Shown: positions 10,263-17,275, numbered from the stretch's first letter. The stretch: DNA of 64,000 bases from Acidimicrobiales bacterium (GCA_030448025.1 JAUJNQ010000001.1:199258-263257), one strand, 5' to 3'. The notes: generated by a model not told the origin, from the sequence alone. Numbers and translations are program-made.

Positions 10263-11188
10263 AGCGCTTCCACCCCGGCGATGACCAGGTCGAGAAAGGC
10301 CAGTGGCAGCAGCACCAGCCAGCAGACAGTGACGAACCGCTCGGTCCGCACCCGGGCGAAGAGGTGGCCGGAGGCGACCAGGGCGGCCAGCACGACCAAG
10401 GTCTTCAGGACGACCCAGGCCGGGCCCGGGAGCACCGGGCCCTGCCAGCCGCCGAGGAACACCGTGGCCGCCATCGCCGAGAACGAGGTCAGCATGGCGG
10501 CACGGGCTCCGGACCAGACCAGGCGGGGCCGGCCTGACACATCGGCCGTCGTGCCCCCGGACAGGTCGTCGCCGTCGGCCAGGTTCAGCGGCCCCCAGGT
10601 CGACGAGCCGAGGGCGACGACGGCGAACAGCGGCAACCCGAGGGGCTGGCGGACGACGTTCCACAACCCGTGCTGTGACTCGACGATCCGGCTGAGCTGG
10701 AGGGACTCGGCGGGGATCGCCGCCGCGATCAGGACGAACATGCTCAGCAGCAGGTACGACAGGCCGGCGGCCAGGAACCGGTAGGCGGCCAGCAGCGACT
10801 GGTGGGTGTTGGCCGACCAGCCGTGCAGGAAGATGGCCACGATGGCCAGCGACTCGACGGTGCCCCACAGCACGATGCCGGCCTCGACATCGGCGACGGA
10901 GAACGACGCCGACCACGGGATCACGGCGAGGCCGGCCGCGGCCAGGCCCGCGTACAGCGCGGGGGCAAGCGCCCAGGAGGCGGCGTCGGGACGCTCGGTG
11001 GCCGACGGCTGCTGCACGACCAGGAGCGCCGCCCGGCGGAGCGGGCCGGCCAGCACCGACCGGCCGATGCCTGCCCCGCTGACGGCGGCGGCCACCGCCG
11101 CGTCAAGCACGGCGACCACATAGGCGCCGGCCGCAAGCACGCCGGCGGTCAGCAGCGGTGCAGCCCACACCTCCGCCTGGGCGGTCAC
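10259..11188 (-). CDS. nuoH: divergent complex-I-like subunit H (NuoH/ND1 type)
   Basis: 309 aa. HGWSANTHQSLLAAYRFLAAGLSYLL aligns by eye to GWaSNsKYallGglRaaAQmiSYE. FLGGWQGP and ARVRTERFVTVCWLVLLP resemble the C-terminal RxxxPRxRxDq...W. The AETNRxPFD loop is replaced by GSSTWGPLNLADGDD. GTG start overlaps the upstream stop. Confidence 0.7.
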   Translation of the reverse strand: MTAQAEVWAAPLLTAGVLAAGAYVVAVLDAAVAAAVSGAGIGRSVLAGPLRRAALLVVQQPSATERPDAASWALAPALYAGLAAAGLAVIPWSASFSVADVEAGIVLWGTVESLAIVAIFLHGWSANTHQSLLAAYRFLAAGLSYLLLSMFVLIAAAIPAESLQLSRIVESQHGLWNVVRQPLGLPLFAVVALGSSTWGPLNLADGDDLSGGTTADVSGRPRLVWSGARAAMLTSFSAMAATVFLGGWQGPVLPGPAWVVLKTLVVLAALVASGHLFARVRTERFVTVCWLVLLPLAFLDLVIAGVEAL

Positions 11189-12225
11189 GCCTGGGCCTCG
11201 ATCACCGCTTCGGCACGATCGGTCGGCAGGTCGAAGCTGCAGATCGTGACCACGGCGTCGGACCAGTCCTGGCCGACCAGGACCTCGGCGACCCGCTCCA
11301 GTGACGGGCCGGGACTTCGGCCTTCGGGTGCCGACGGGTCGAGGCGGCGCACGAGGCGGGCCCGGGCGTCCTCACCGTCGATCACGCCGACACCCGACCA
11401 GGCGGCCGGCAGGCCGCTGCGGCGCACGAGTCGCGCCAGCGCCGCCCTCGACGCCGGGGCGGGTGCGGCTCGGGCCAGCCGGGCCGCTCGCACGGCCAAG
11501 GCACCCAGTCCAGCCAGGCGCAGAGCCTCGGCCAACCACCGAAGGTCGTGCTGCGCCCCACCAGCGGCTGGATCGAGCCGGTCGAGCCGAGGCCCCGAAC
11601 CGAGGTCGAGTACCTCCAGCTTCGCCTCCTGCACGACATCGCCCTGCAGAACCGCATGCACCCGCAGCCCGTTTGGGAACCCGGGCAGGAACGGGCCCAG
11701 GACCACCGGCAGCCGGTCCAGGGCCAGGCCATCTCGATCGTCTCCGGTCATGGCCATCGGCCGGCCCCAGGGGACGCCGCCCATCATCCCCTCGCCTCCC
11801 TGCCCGTGATCGCCCCGCCCCTCGAACCGGTTCGGAGGATCGTCGGCCAACACCGCCGCATCTGATCGGATCCGACCCAGGCACAGGTCACGGTGGAGGG
11901 CCACCACCGAGCCGACCGGATCCGCGTCGGTCACGACCGACGCGTCCCGCAGCGCCGCCGGCCGGTCGCCGTCGACGTCCGCTGTCCACCACAGCGTGCC
12001 CCGTGGCGCCGGCAGCTGGTCGTGCACCCGGTCGACGGCCACACCAAGCGGTCCCGGGAAGCGGCCGGCGGCCACCAGCACCGTGGCATGCCGCGGGGAC
12101 ACCACGAGCCGCAGCCGCGCATCGAAGGCCAGCTCCACCGGCAGGAGACCGGTCCCGCCGCCGCGGGCCACGAACACCGGCACCGGGGCGGTCGCCGCCA
12201 AGCGACGGACCGCCGCTACTGCCAC
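11185..12225 (-). CDS. degenerate NuoB-NuoD fusion-like protein (Q-module relic without Fe-S or quinone-site residues)
   Basis: 346 aa. N-terminal LRLVVSPRHATVLVAAGRFPGPLGVAVDRVHDQLPAPRGTLWW resembles NuoB RfG...SPRqADvmiVaGtvt.km.p.l..vydQMPePKwVi. VVLGPFLPGFPNGLRVHAVLQGDVVQEAKL resembles NuoD NfGPQHPaaHGvlRlvleLdGEvV. The C-terminus LVGQDWSDAVVTICSFDLPTDRAE resembles NuoD ..G..iaDvvai.gSiD.vmGevDR. Only 2 Cys in the whole protein. Its GTG start overlaps the nuoA 3' end by 10 nt. Confidence 0.55.
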   Translation of the reverse strand: MAVAAVRRLAATAPVPVFVARGGGTGLLPVELAFDARLRLVVSPRHATVLVAAGRFPGPLGVAVDRVHDQLPAPRGTLWWTADVDGDRPAALRDASVVTDADPVGSVVALHRDLCLGRIRSDAAVLADDPPNRFEGRGDHGQGGEGMMGGVPWGRPMAMTGDDRDGLALDRLPVVLGPFLPGFPNGLRVHAVLQGDVVQEAKLEVLDLGSGPRLDRLDPAAGGAQHDLRWLAEALRLAGLGALAVRAARLARAAPAPASRAALARLVRRSGLPAAWSGVGVIDGEDARARLVRRLDPSAPEGRSPGPSLERVAEVLVGQDWSDAVVTICSFDLPTDRAEAVIEAQA

Positions 12226-12563
12226 CGGAAGGCGCCCTCACGCCAGGCGTACAGGATCCCGAGCGACAACAACCCCAGGAACACGCCCATGTCGGCGAAC
12301 GCGGTCATGCCCTCCTCGACGAAGACGACCGCCCACGGGTACATGAACATCATCTCCATCTCGAAAGCGACGAACACGAGGGTCATGGGGTAGTAGCGGG
12401 CGTGGAACCGGCTCCACGCATGCGTCTCCGAAATACCGCCGCCCAGGAACGGCGCACGGAACGGCCACAGCCCCTTCTTCCCGGCCCGCCACCCCCGCGC
12501 AAGGAAGACCGCGACCAGCACCGACCCGAACGCCGCGGAAGCCGACGCCAGGACGCTCAGCAC
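12216..12563 (-). CDS. nuoA: complex-I-like subunit A (NuoA/ND3 type)
   Basis: 115 aa, 3 TM. YYPMTLVFVAFEMEMMFMYPWAVVF...LGILYAWREGAFRWQ matches the NuoA FDvEv.FlfPWA / Y.wkkGaLeW pattern. Confidence 0.85.
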   Translation of the reverse strand: MLSVLASASAAFGSVLVAVFLARGWRAGKKGLWPFRAPFLGGGISETHAWSRFHARYYPMTLVFVAFEMEMMFMYPWAVVFVEEGMTAFADMGVFLGLLSLGILYAWREGAFRWQ

Positions 12564-12723
12564 GCCGATCCCGGTCGGGTCAGCTCAACTTGCATGACAT
12601 ATGCCGCTCCTCGAGACGGGGGCGCTATGAGACCCTGGGCACAGCACTGACGAGCAGCAGTGAACCACCCTTGAGGTCCTGCCGGGGTGGATCCCCCAGC
12701 GGTTGCACGACAGGCGGCTGCTG

Positions 12724-13155
12724 TCACCGGTCGTCCGCCGCCGGGAACCGAGCGACCACGGCGAGGTAGGCGGCGAGGGCGAGGAGGAACACCACGAACC
12801 ACGTGAGGTTGCGTCCGGGCATGAAGTGGGTGCTGATGTGGCCGAGGAACAGGTCCATCCAAGGCTCGTGGGCCACGCCACCAGCGAAGAGGAAGTCGGG
12901 AAACATGGCCATGACGTGGGCCAGGAACGGCCACACCAGGGGCAGCGGCACCGGTCTGCGAATGCGGGCGGCGACCGCTGCCATCACCACCAGCGCCGCG
13001 GCGGCGCCCACGAAGAAGTGGGTGAACCAGTGGAAGCGGGCGTCGTGGCCCCGGTAGGAGGCGTAAAGGCCCACCTCGGCCAGCACGGCGACGACGCACC
13101 ACAGGCACACCCGCAGCGCTGGAGTCGGCTGGACGGCTGGGTTCGCTGCGGTCAT
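12724..13155 (-). CDS. His-rich polytopic membrane protein, unknown function
   Basis: 143 aa, about 4 TM. Histidines cluster at helix ends (GHDARFHWFTHFF, FLAHVMAMFPDF, AHEPWMDLFLGHISTHF). 4-nt overlap with the upstream gene. Confidence 0.5.
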   Translation of the reverse strand: MTAANPAVQPTPALRVCLWCVVAVLAEVGLYASYRGHDARFHWFTHFFVGAAAALVVMAAVAARIRRPVPLPLVWPFLAHVMAMFPDFLFAGGVAHEPWMDLFLGHISTHFMPGRNLTWFVVFLLALAAYLAVVARFPAADDR

Positions 13156-13676
13156 GGCAAAGCGTCCAGGATGGTCCGGACCTCGCTGAGCTCGTCAGCC
13201 ACGGCCGGGTCGAGTGTCCGGTACCGGATGGCGCCGGCGCTGTCGACGACGGCGTAGCCCACCGGCGTACCGCCCCCCCGGGGGCGCCGCATGCCATAGG
13301 CCGCCGCCAGCGCCCCGTCCGCATCGTTGACGACCGCGTCAGCGCCCTCACAGCTGTGGGTGCCGGCACCGTCCACCACCACCGCCGTCGCCGTGGCCTT
13401 GTCGGGAAGGCCGCTCGCGGCGAAGACCCGGCACAGCCGGGGGAGACGTCCCGTCCGCTCGAAGAACACGACCGTGGGTCGCGACGGGGCGGGAAGGCCC
13501 GGCGCCACCGCGGGTGCCGGCACGGGAAGGTCGCCGGCGTCGACGAACCCGGGCCGCTGCCACGCCGGATCGGGGTCGTCGAGTGGCTCTCGCGCCGCCC
13601 GGGCGACGGAGAGCAGCAGGCCTAGGCCGATCGCCGCCGCCAGCCAGATGACCACCAGCGGCCTTGCCCCACTCAC
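13152..13676 (-). CDS. membrane-anchored thioredoxin-fold (AhpC/TlpA-like) protein lacking a CxxC
   Basis: 174 aa. N-terminal TM anchor, then PTVVFFERTGRLPRLCRVF ... GYAVVDSAGAIRYRTLDP, a layout typical of the redoxin fold. Overlaps both neighbours by 4 nt. Confidence 0.45.
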   Translation of the reverse strand: MSGARPLVVIWLAAAIGLGLLLSVARAAREPLDDPDPAWQRPGFVDAGDLPVPAPAVAPGLPAPSRPTVVFFERTGRLPRLCRVFAASGLPDKATATAVVVDGAGTHSCEGADAVVNDADGALAAAYGMRRPRGGGTPVGYAVVDSAGAIRYRTLDPAVADELSEVRTILDALP

Positions 13677-14641
13677 TGCTGTGCCTGCTTGTCGGAGTAG
13701 CGGAGCTGCCAGCTGCCGCCGGCGTCCGAGGAGCGGTAGATGGCGGTGGCATCATCGGCCGACGCCGCTGCGTAGACGTCGGTCCCGGCCACCAGCAGGG
13801 CCTGTGGTTGCCCGGCCAGTGCCGCTCGAGGCTCCCACCGGTCGTCGACGCGCCGGTAGGTCTGCCCGGTCCTCGACACGCCCCACAGGCCCAGCTCGGT
13901 CCCCCAGGAGACAAAGGCCAGCTGCGGCCCGTCGACTGGTTGCCAGCTGCGACCGCCGTCGCCACTGTCGGCCAGCCCCCGCTCGGTCATGGCCACCACG
14001 TGGTCGCCGTCGGCCGGGTCGACGGCGAAGGTGCCGATGCCGATCTCCGAGCGGGTGTCCCACCGCTTGCCGTCGTCGCTGACCATGAACCGTCCGCCGG
14101 TGGAGTCGTAGCCGTAGACCTTGCCGTGGGCGGCGACCAGCGAGTGGAAGTCGGCCTCTCCGAGCAGTGACAGCGGCTTCCACATCCGGCCGCCGTTGGT
14201 GCTCTCGATGAGGCCGAGGAGCGGGGGGCTGCCGGGCTTGCGCAAGTCCTTGTCGTTGGGATCCGGGTGGCCGCTGCCCAGGAAGCGGTCAGGTCCGACC
14301 ACGGTGAAGCCCATCGTGTCCTGCACGGCATCACCGACCCGCTGCGCCTTGCCCTGAGCGGGAACCCGGTACAGCCCGAGGTGGGTCGCCGCGTACAGGT
14401 CCTTGTCGGCCGGGTTGATGCCGAGGCCGTGCACATGAGCGACCCCCCCGGACGAGCCCGCCGTCCTCGGGCTGTCGTCGTCCCGCACGACCACGACTAG
14501 GACGGCCAGCACCGCCAGCGCCCCGGCCACCACCGCCCAGGCAGGAAACGCCCGTCGGCTCGGACGCTTGTTCTGCACCGGCGGCCGCCTCGGCTGGCCG
14601 CCGGTCCGGGTCTTTGCCGACCCCGTCTTGCTCGACGCCAT
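13673..14641 (-). CDS. F510_1955-family / BNR-sialidase-like beta-propeller protein, membrane-anchored
   Basis: 322 aa. TM anchor followed by repeated S.D.G..W motifs (STNGGRMWKP, SDDGKRWD, SGDGGRSWQP, SSDAGGSWQ). This family is recurrently found in heavy-metal islands. Confidence 0.6.
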   Translation of the reverse strand: MASSKTGSAKTRTGGQPRRPPVQNKRPSRRAFPAWAVVAGALAVLAVLVVVVRDDDSPRTAGSSGGVAHVHGLGINPADKDLYAATHLGLYRVPAQGKAQRVGDAVQDTMGFTVVGPDRFLGSGHPDPNDKDLRKPGSPPLLGLIESTNGGRMWKPLSLLGEADFHSLVAAHGKVYGYDSTGGRFMVSDDGKRWDTRSEIGIGTFAVDPADGDHVVAMTERGLADSGDGGRSWQPVDGPQLAFVSWGTELGLWGVSRTGQTYRRVDDRWEPRAALAGQPQALLVAGTDVYAAASADDATAIYRSSDAGGSWQLRYSDKQAQQ

Positions 14642-14643
14642 CG

Positions 14644-14844
14644 TCAGTCCGCCCTGCGGGACGCGGCGTCGCTCGGTGCAGCGGGCGGCCGATGGCGGAG
14701 CTCGGCGATCTCGTCACGTAGATCGGCCACCTCGCTGCGCTCGCCGGTCGACCTGCGGGCCCCGACGGCGTACCAGGCGAGAAACCCGACGGCCACGACA
14801 CCCATCATCAAGCTGCAGGCCAGCAGCGGTAGGAGTGCACCCAT
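14644..14844 (-). CDS. short DUF2933-like membrane protein (second-TM half plus coiled-coil tail)
   Basis: 66 aa. LLPLLACSLMMG matches the LPLL..AACPLSM.MMR core of the two DUF2933 genes. The EVADLRDEIAELR tail parallels their RLRAEVATLRAE tail. Confidence 0.45.
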   Translation of the reverse strand: MGALLPLLACSLMMGVVAVGFLAWYAVGARRSTGERSEVADLRDEIAELRHRPPAAPSDAASRRAD

Positions 14845-14853
14845 GCCCCTCCC

Positions 14854-15111
14854 CTACCGACTCTGCCGCTCAGCGCGCAGCGTGGCTACCTCAGCCCGCA
14901 GCCTGGCGACCTGATCGGCGTCGTCTGTCCCGTCCATCGTCTTGGAGCTGCCCATGGAGCCCATGACCCGCATCATCAGCAGCATCGACAAGGGGCAGGC
15001 CGCCACGATCAGCAGCGGGAGGACGGCCGCCGCCACCATGGGTGCCAAGACGTAGAGCCCCAGCCCGGCTGCGGCGAGCGCCGCCATCACCTTCCAGTTC
15101 AAGCACCTCAT
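14854..15111 (-). CDS. DUF2933 family small membrane protein
   Basis: ATG at 15111 (MRCLNWKVMAALAAAGLGLYVLAP...LPLLIVAACPLSMLLMMRVM...), the canonical DUF2933 signature. 4-nt overlap with the upstream gene. Confidence 0.7.
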   Translation of the reverse strand: MRCLNWKVMAALAAAGLGLYVLAPMVAAAVLPLLIVAACPLSMLLMMRVMGSMGSSKTMDGTDDADQVARLRAEVATLRAERQSR

Positions 15112-15404
15112 GAGCCGTTCCTCTCGTCGTTGCGGCCACTGCACGCCTCGTGCATCCGGTCGTGCACTGCCCGGTCCTGGGGTGACAGTCCGGCGGACAT
15201 GCGGGCGTGCATCTCGTCCATCTCCTCGGTGGTGTCGCCGCTCATCCGCATGGCTCCACCGGTCCCGTGCATCTCATCCGTCTCGGCGACTGGGTCACCA
15301 CGACCCGCAGAGGCGTTCCCAGCGACGAAGCCGACGCCGAGTGTCGCGGTGACCGCGGCGGTTGCCGCCAGCCCCCGCAGGGCGGTACGAAACGATCTGT
15401 CCAT
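15108..15404 (-). CDS. secreted Met/His-rich putative Cu-binding protein (SilE/PcoE-like composition)
   Basis: ATG at 15404 preceded by AAGGAGGA. Signal-like MDRSFRTALRGLAATAAVTATLGVGFVAGNASA, then ETDEMHGTGGAMRMSGDTTEEMDEMHARM...HDRMHEAC. Confidence 0.6.
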   Translation of the reverse strand: MDRSFRTALRGLAATAAVTATLGVGFVAGNASAGRGDPVAETDEMHGTGGAMRMSGDTTEEMDEMHARMSAGLSPQDRAVHDRMHEACSGRNDERNGS

Positions 15405-15497
15405 TGCTCCTCCTTGTCGGGCCCTCGGGGTGAGAGCCGGTCGGCCTGGTCGCGCCACCGGGCGGCAGCGCGTGTCGAGGGGCGCGCCGGGGCGCGC

Positions 15498-15755
15498 CTA
15501 GGCCAGACGGGGAGGTCGATCGAGTCGGAAGGCGGCAAGACGGCCGGCGAGGACCAACCGACGGCCCCGCAGCATCACCGCGAACAGTGCCAGTGCAACA
15601 GCGGCGGTAGCGGCCAGGACCGCTACGACGCAGCTGCTCACGACGATCATGCCGAAGTCGCAGTCCGCGCAGTCCATCGCTGGCATCCCCATCACCAGTG
15701 GGATCCCGGTCAGGACCACCACAACAGCGAGGACGACGAACAGGACGCGCTTCAC
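15498..15755 (-). CDS. small two-TM membrane protein with MPxMxCxDC motif (paralog of 22788..23057)
   Basis: 85 aa, MKRVLFVVLAVVVVLTGIPLVMGMPAMDCADCDFG...LDRPPRLA. Shares architecture, the CADC motif and the RPPRLA C-terminus with the 22788 ORF. Confidence 0.55.
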   Translation of the reverse strand: MKRVLFVVLAVVVVLTGIPLVMGMPAMDCADCDFGMIVVSSCVVAVLAATAAVALALFAVMLRGRRLVLAGRLAAFRLDRPPRLA

Positions 15756-16087
15756 GGCGAGGCCAAACGTACCCGGGTCGACCGCTGATCGAAGCGCGGG
15801 CTCACGTAGCTGAGATCTGGCACTCCAAAAGCGGCTGGCCGGTCGACGTGGACAGCCATGAAGCGTCTCCGCCGCGTGAGAATTCTGATCACCTGGGGCG
15901 GAGGCGACGGCGGCCGATGCTGGCGACCGAGGTCGTTGCTCCCCGCCCCATCAGTTTCCAGCGGCCCCCGCAGTCGGCCCGTCCACCCGACTCTGCGACC
16001 TCTCGTGCCGTGGTCCCGAGCGCTCCGCCCGCGACACATCGGGCTCGGACGATGCGGGCAGCTGCCACCGTCCAGGCAGGTTACACC

Positions 16088-16127
16088 CCTACCCCCTGGG
16101 ATGGAGTACTCCACCCCAGGGGGTAGG
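16088..16127. promoter_or_regulatory. 40-bp near-perfect palindrome made of two inverted CsoR-type boxes
   Basis: CCTACCCCCTGGGATGGAGTACTCCACCCCAGGGGGTAGG has 19 of 20 positions self-complementary. Each half (TACCCCCTGGGrTGGAGTA) resembles known CsoR operators (C-run then G-run flanked by TA). On the minus strand, TTGACC (16126..16131) lies 17 nt upstream of TACTCC. Confidence 0.55.
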
Positions 16128-16376
16128 TCAACAGCATGTGCGGTGATCTGCTGCTCTGCCTACGGCTTTCACTCCGCCGACGCCGCTCTTGCCCCGTGAT
16201 GCTCGCGGCCGGACCCATTGATCTCAAGCTGCCGCACGAGCGAGCGGCGGCGAAGCAGAGGCCGCGTGACCCGCATCCTCGTCAGGAGAGCCAGAAAAGG
16301 GCAGGGCTGCCGGGTCCATGGTACCGCTGCTTCTCTGGCTGGCCCGCCATCCATAGGGGAAACCAACGACACCGCC

Positions 16377-16405
16377 TTGCCCTCCCACCTGGGGTGGGGT
16401 ATGTT
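16377..16405 (+). promoter_or_regulatory. sigma-70-type promoter with inverted repeat in the spacer (candidate CsoR operator)
   Basis: TTGCCC-N17-TATGTT. The spacer contains CCCACC-TGG-GGTGGG (16384..16398). GAAGGAGAG RBS and ATG at 16437 follow. Confidence 0.5.
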
Positions 16406-16436
16406 GGTGGACACCCACTGAAGGAGAGCGAACTCG

Positions 16437-16685
16437 ATGAACACACGCACGAGAGCACGACGAGCGGCGGCGGCAGTCGTCGGGCTGGTGTTGCTGACCA
16501 CATTTGCCTCCGCCACCGGCGCTGGGGCCGCTCCGCTCGACGACCGACCGTCTCGACCCGCGCACGTGGGCATGCAGCGCATGCACGAGCTGATGATGAG
16601 CGGCAACCCCGGGATGCAGCGCATGCACGAGCTGAGGACGAGCGGCAACCCCGGGATGCAGCACATGCACGAGCTGATGCGCTAA
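16437..16685 (+). CDS. secreted Met/His-rich repeat protein (three NPGMQxMHEL repeats)
   Basis: 82 aa. Signal-like N-terminus (RRAAAAVVGLVLLTTFASATGAGA), then GMQRMHELMMSGNP / GMQRMHELRTSGNP / GMQHMHELMR. Confidence 0.65.
   Translation: MNTRTRARRAAAAVVGLVLLTTFASATGAGAAPLDDRPSRPAHVGMQRMHELMMSGNPGMQRMHELRTSGNPGMQHMHELMR
16569..16682 (+). repeat. 42-bp tandem repeat (about 2.7 copies) encoding the MQRMHEL units
   Basis: 16569..16610 and 16611..16652 differ at only a few positions. A third partial copy runs to the stop. Confidence 0.85.
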
Positions 16686-16767
16686 TGGGCTTCACCACGC
16701 CCCGCACAAGACCAGCCAGATGGTCGCGGCCCTCGTACGGGCCAGACACGAAGAACGAGGAGCCGTA

Positions 16768-17089
16768 ATGAAGATGTGCTTCAACTGGAAGGTGATCACC
16801 GCTCTTGCCGTGGCCGGGCTCGGAGCGGCCGCGTTCGCGCCGGATGTGCTGGGGGCGGCACTGCCGCTGCTCCTGCTCGCTGCCTGCCCGTTGTCGATGG
16901 TCGCGATGATGCGCGCCATGTCAGGTGGCAACCGCTGCGACGACCGGTCGACGGGGAACCGCAGTGAGACCAGCACCGACGCCGGCTCGAGCGAGGCTCA
17001 CCCGCCTGCGGGCCGAGATCGATCAGCTTCGAGCCGAGCAGGGACGAGGCAAGGATCGTGGACCGGGCGAGCAAGAGCACGTCACGTGA
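16768..17089 (+). pseudogene. DUF2933 family protein, apparent 1-nt frameshift before the coiled-coil tail
   Basis: ATG at 16768 after GAGGAG (MKMCFNWKVITALAVAGLGAAAFAP...LPLLLLAACPLSMVAMMRAM). The conserved tail LTRLRAEIDQLRAEQ... is in the +1 frame from about 16995 (CACCC run) and stops at 17089. Confidence 0.6.
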
Positions 17090-17275
17090 GCATGCCCGCA
17101 CCTGCCCCTCGGCAGCCGCACCGTCCGGGTGGGGAGGTCCCGGTCCGTGGCCCACAGACCGGGCTCGGCCGGCGCGGCCGTGCTAAGCGCACGCCAGCGT
17201 TGCCGGCACTCCGGATCCAACGACGTTGACCGGCAGCCGCGGCAACCCTACCCCTTCCTCCACCCATGAGTCGAC

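Noticed and set aside
9603-10916. 437-aa and 202-aa versions of nuoJ and nuoK, and the 801-aa (56505..58910) and 503-aa (54702..56213) ORFs
   Set aside because: The upstream extensions overlap the preceding genes in another frame and are Arg/Pro-rich. Internal starts that overlap the upstream stop codons give proteins of canonical length.
12564-12723. CsoR-type operator in the gap upstream of nuoA (GGGGTGGATCCCCC)
   Set aside because: The G-run precedes the C-run, which is the opposite polarity to the CsoR-type boxes in this window (C-run then G-run), and no promoter hexamers flank it.
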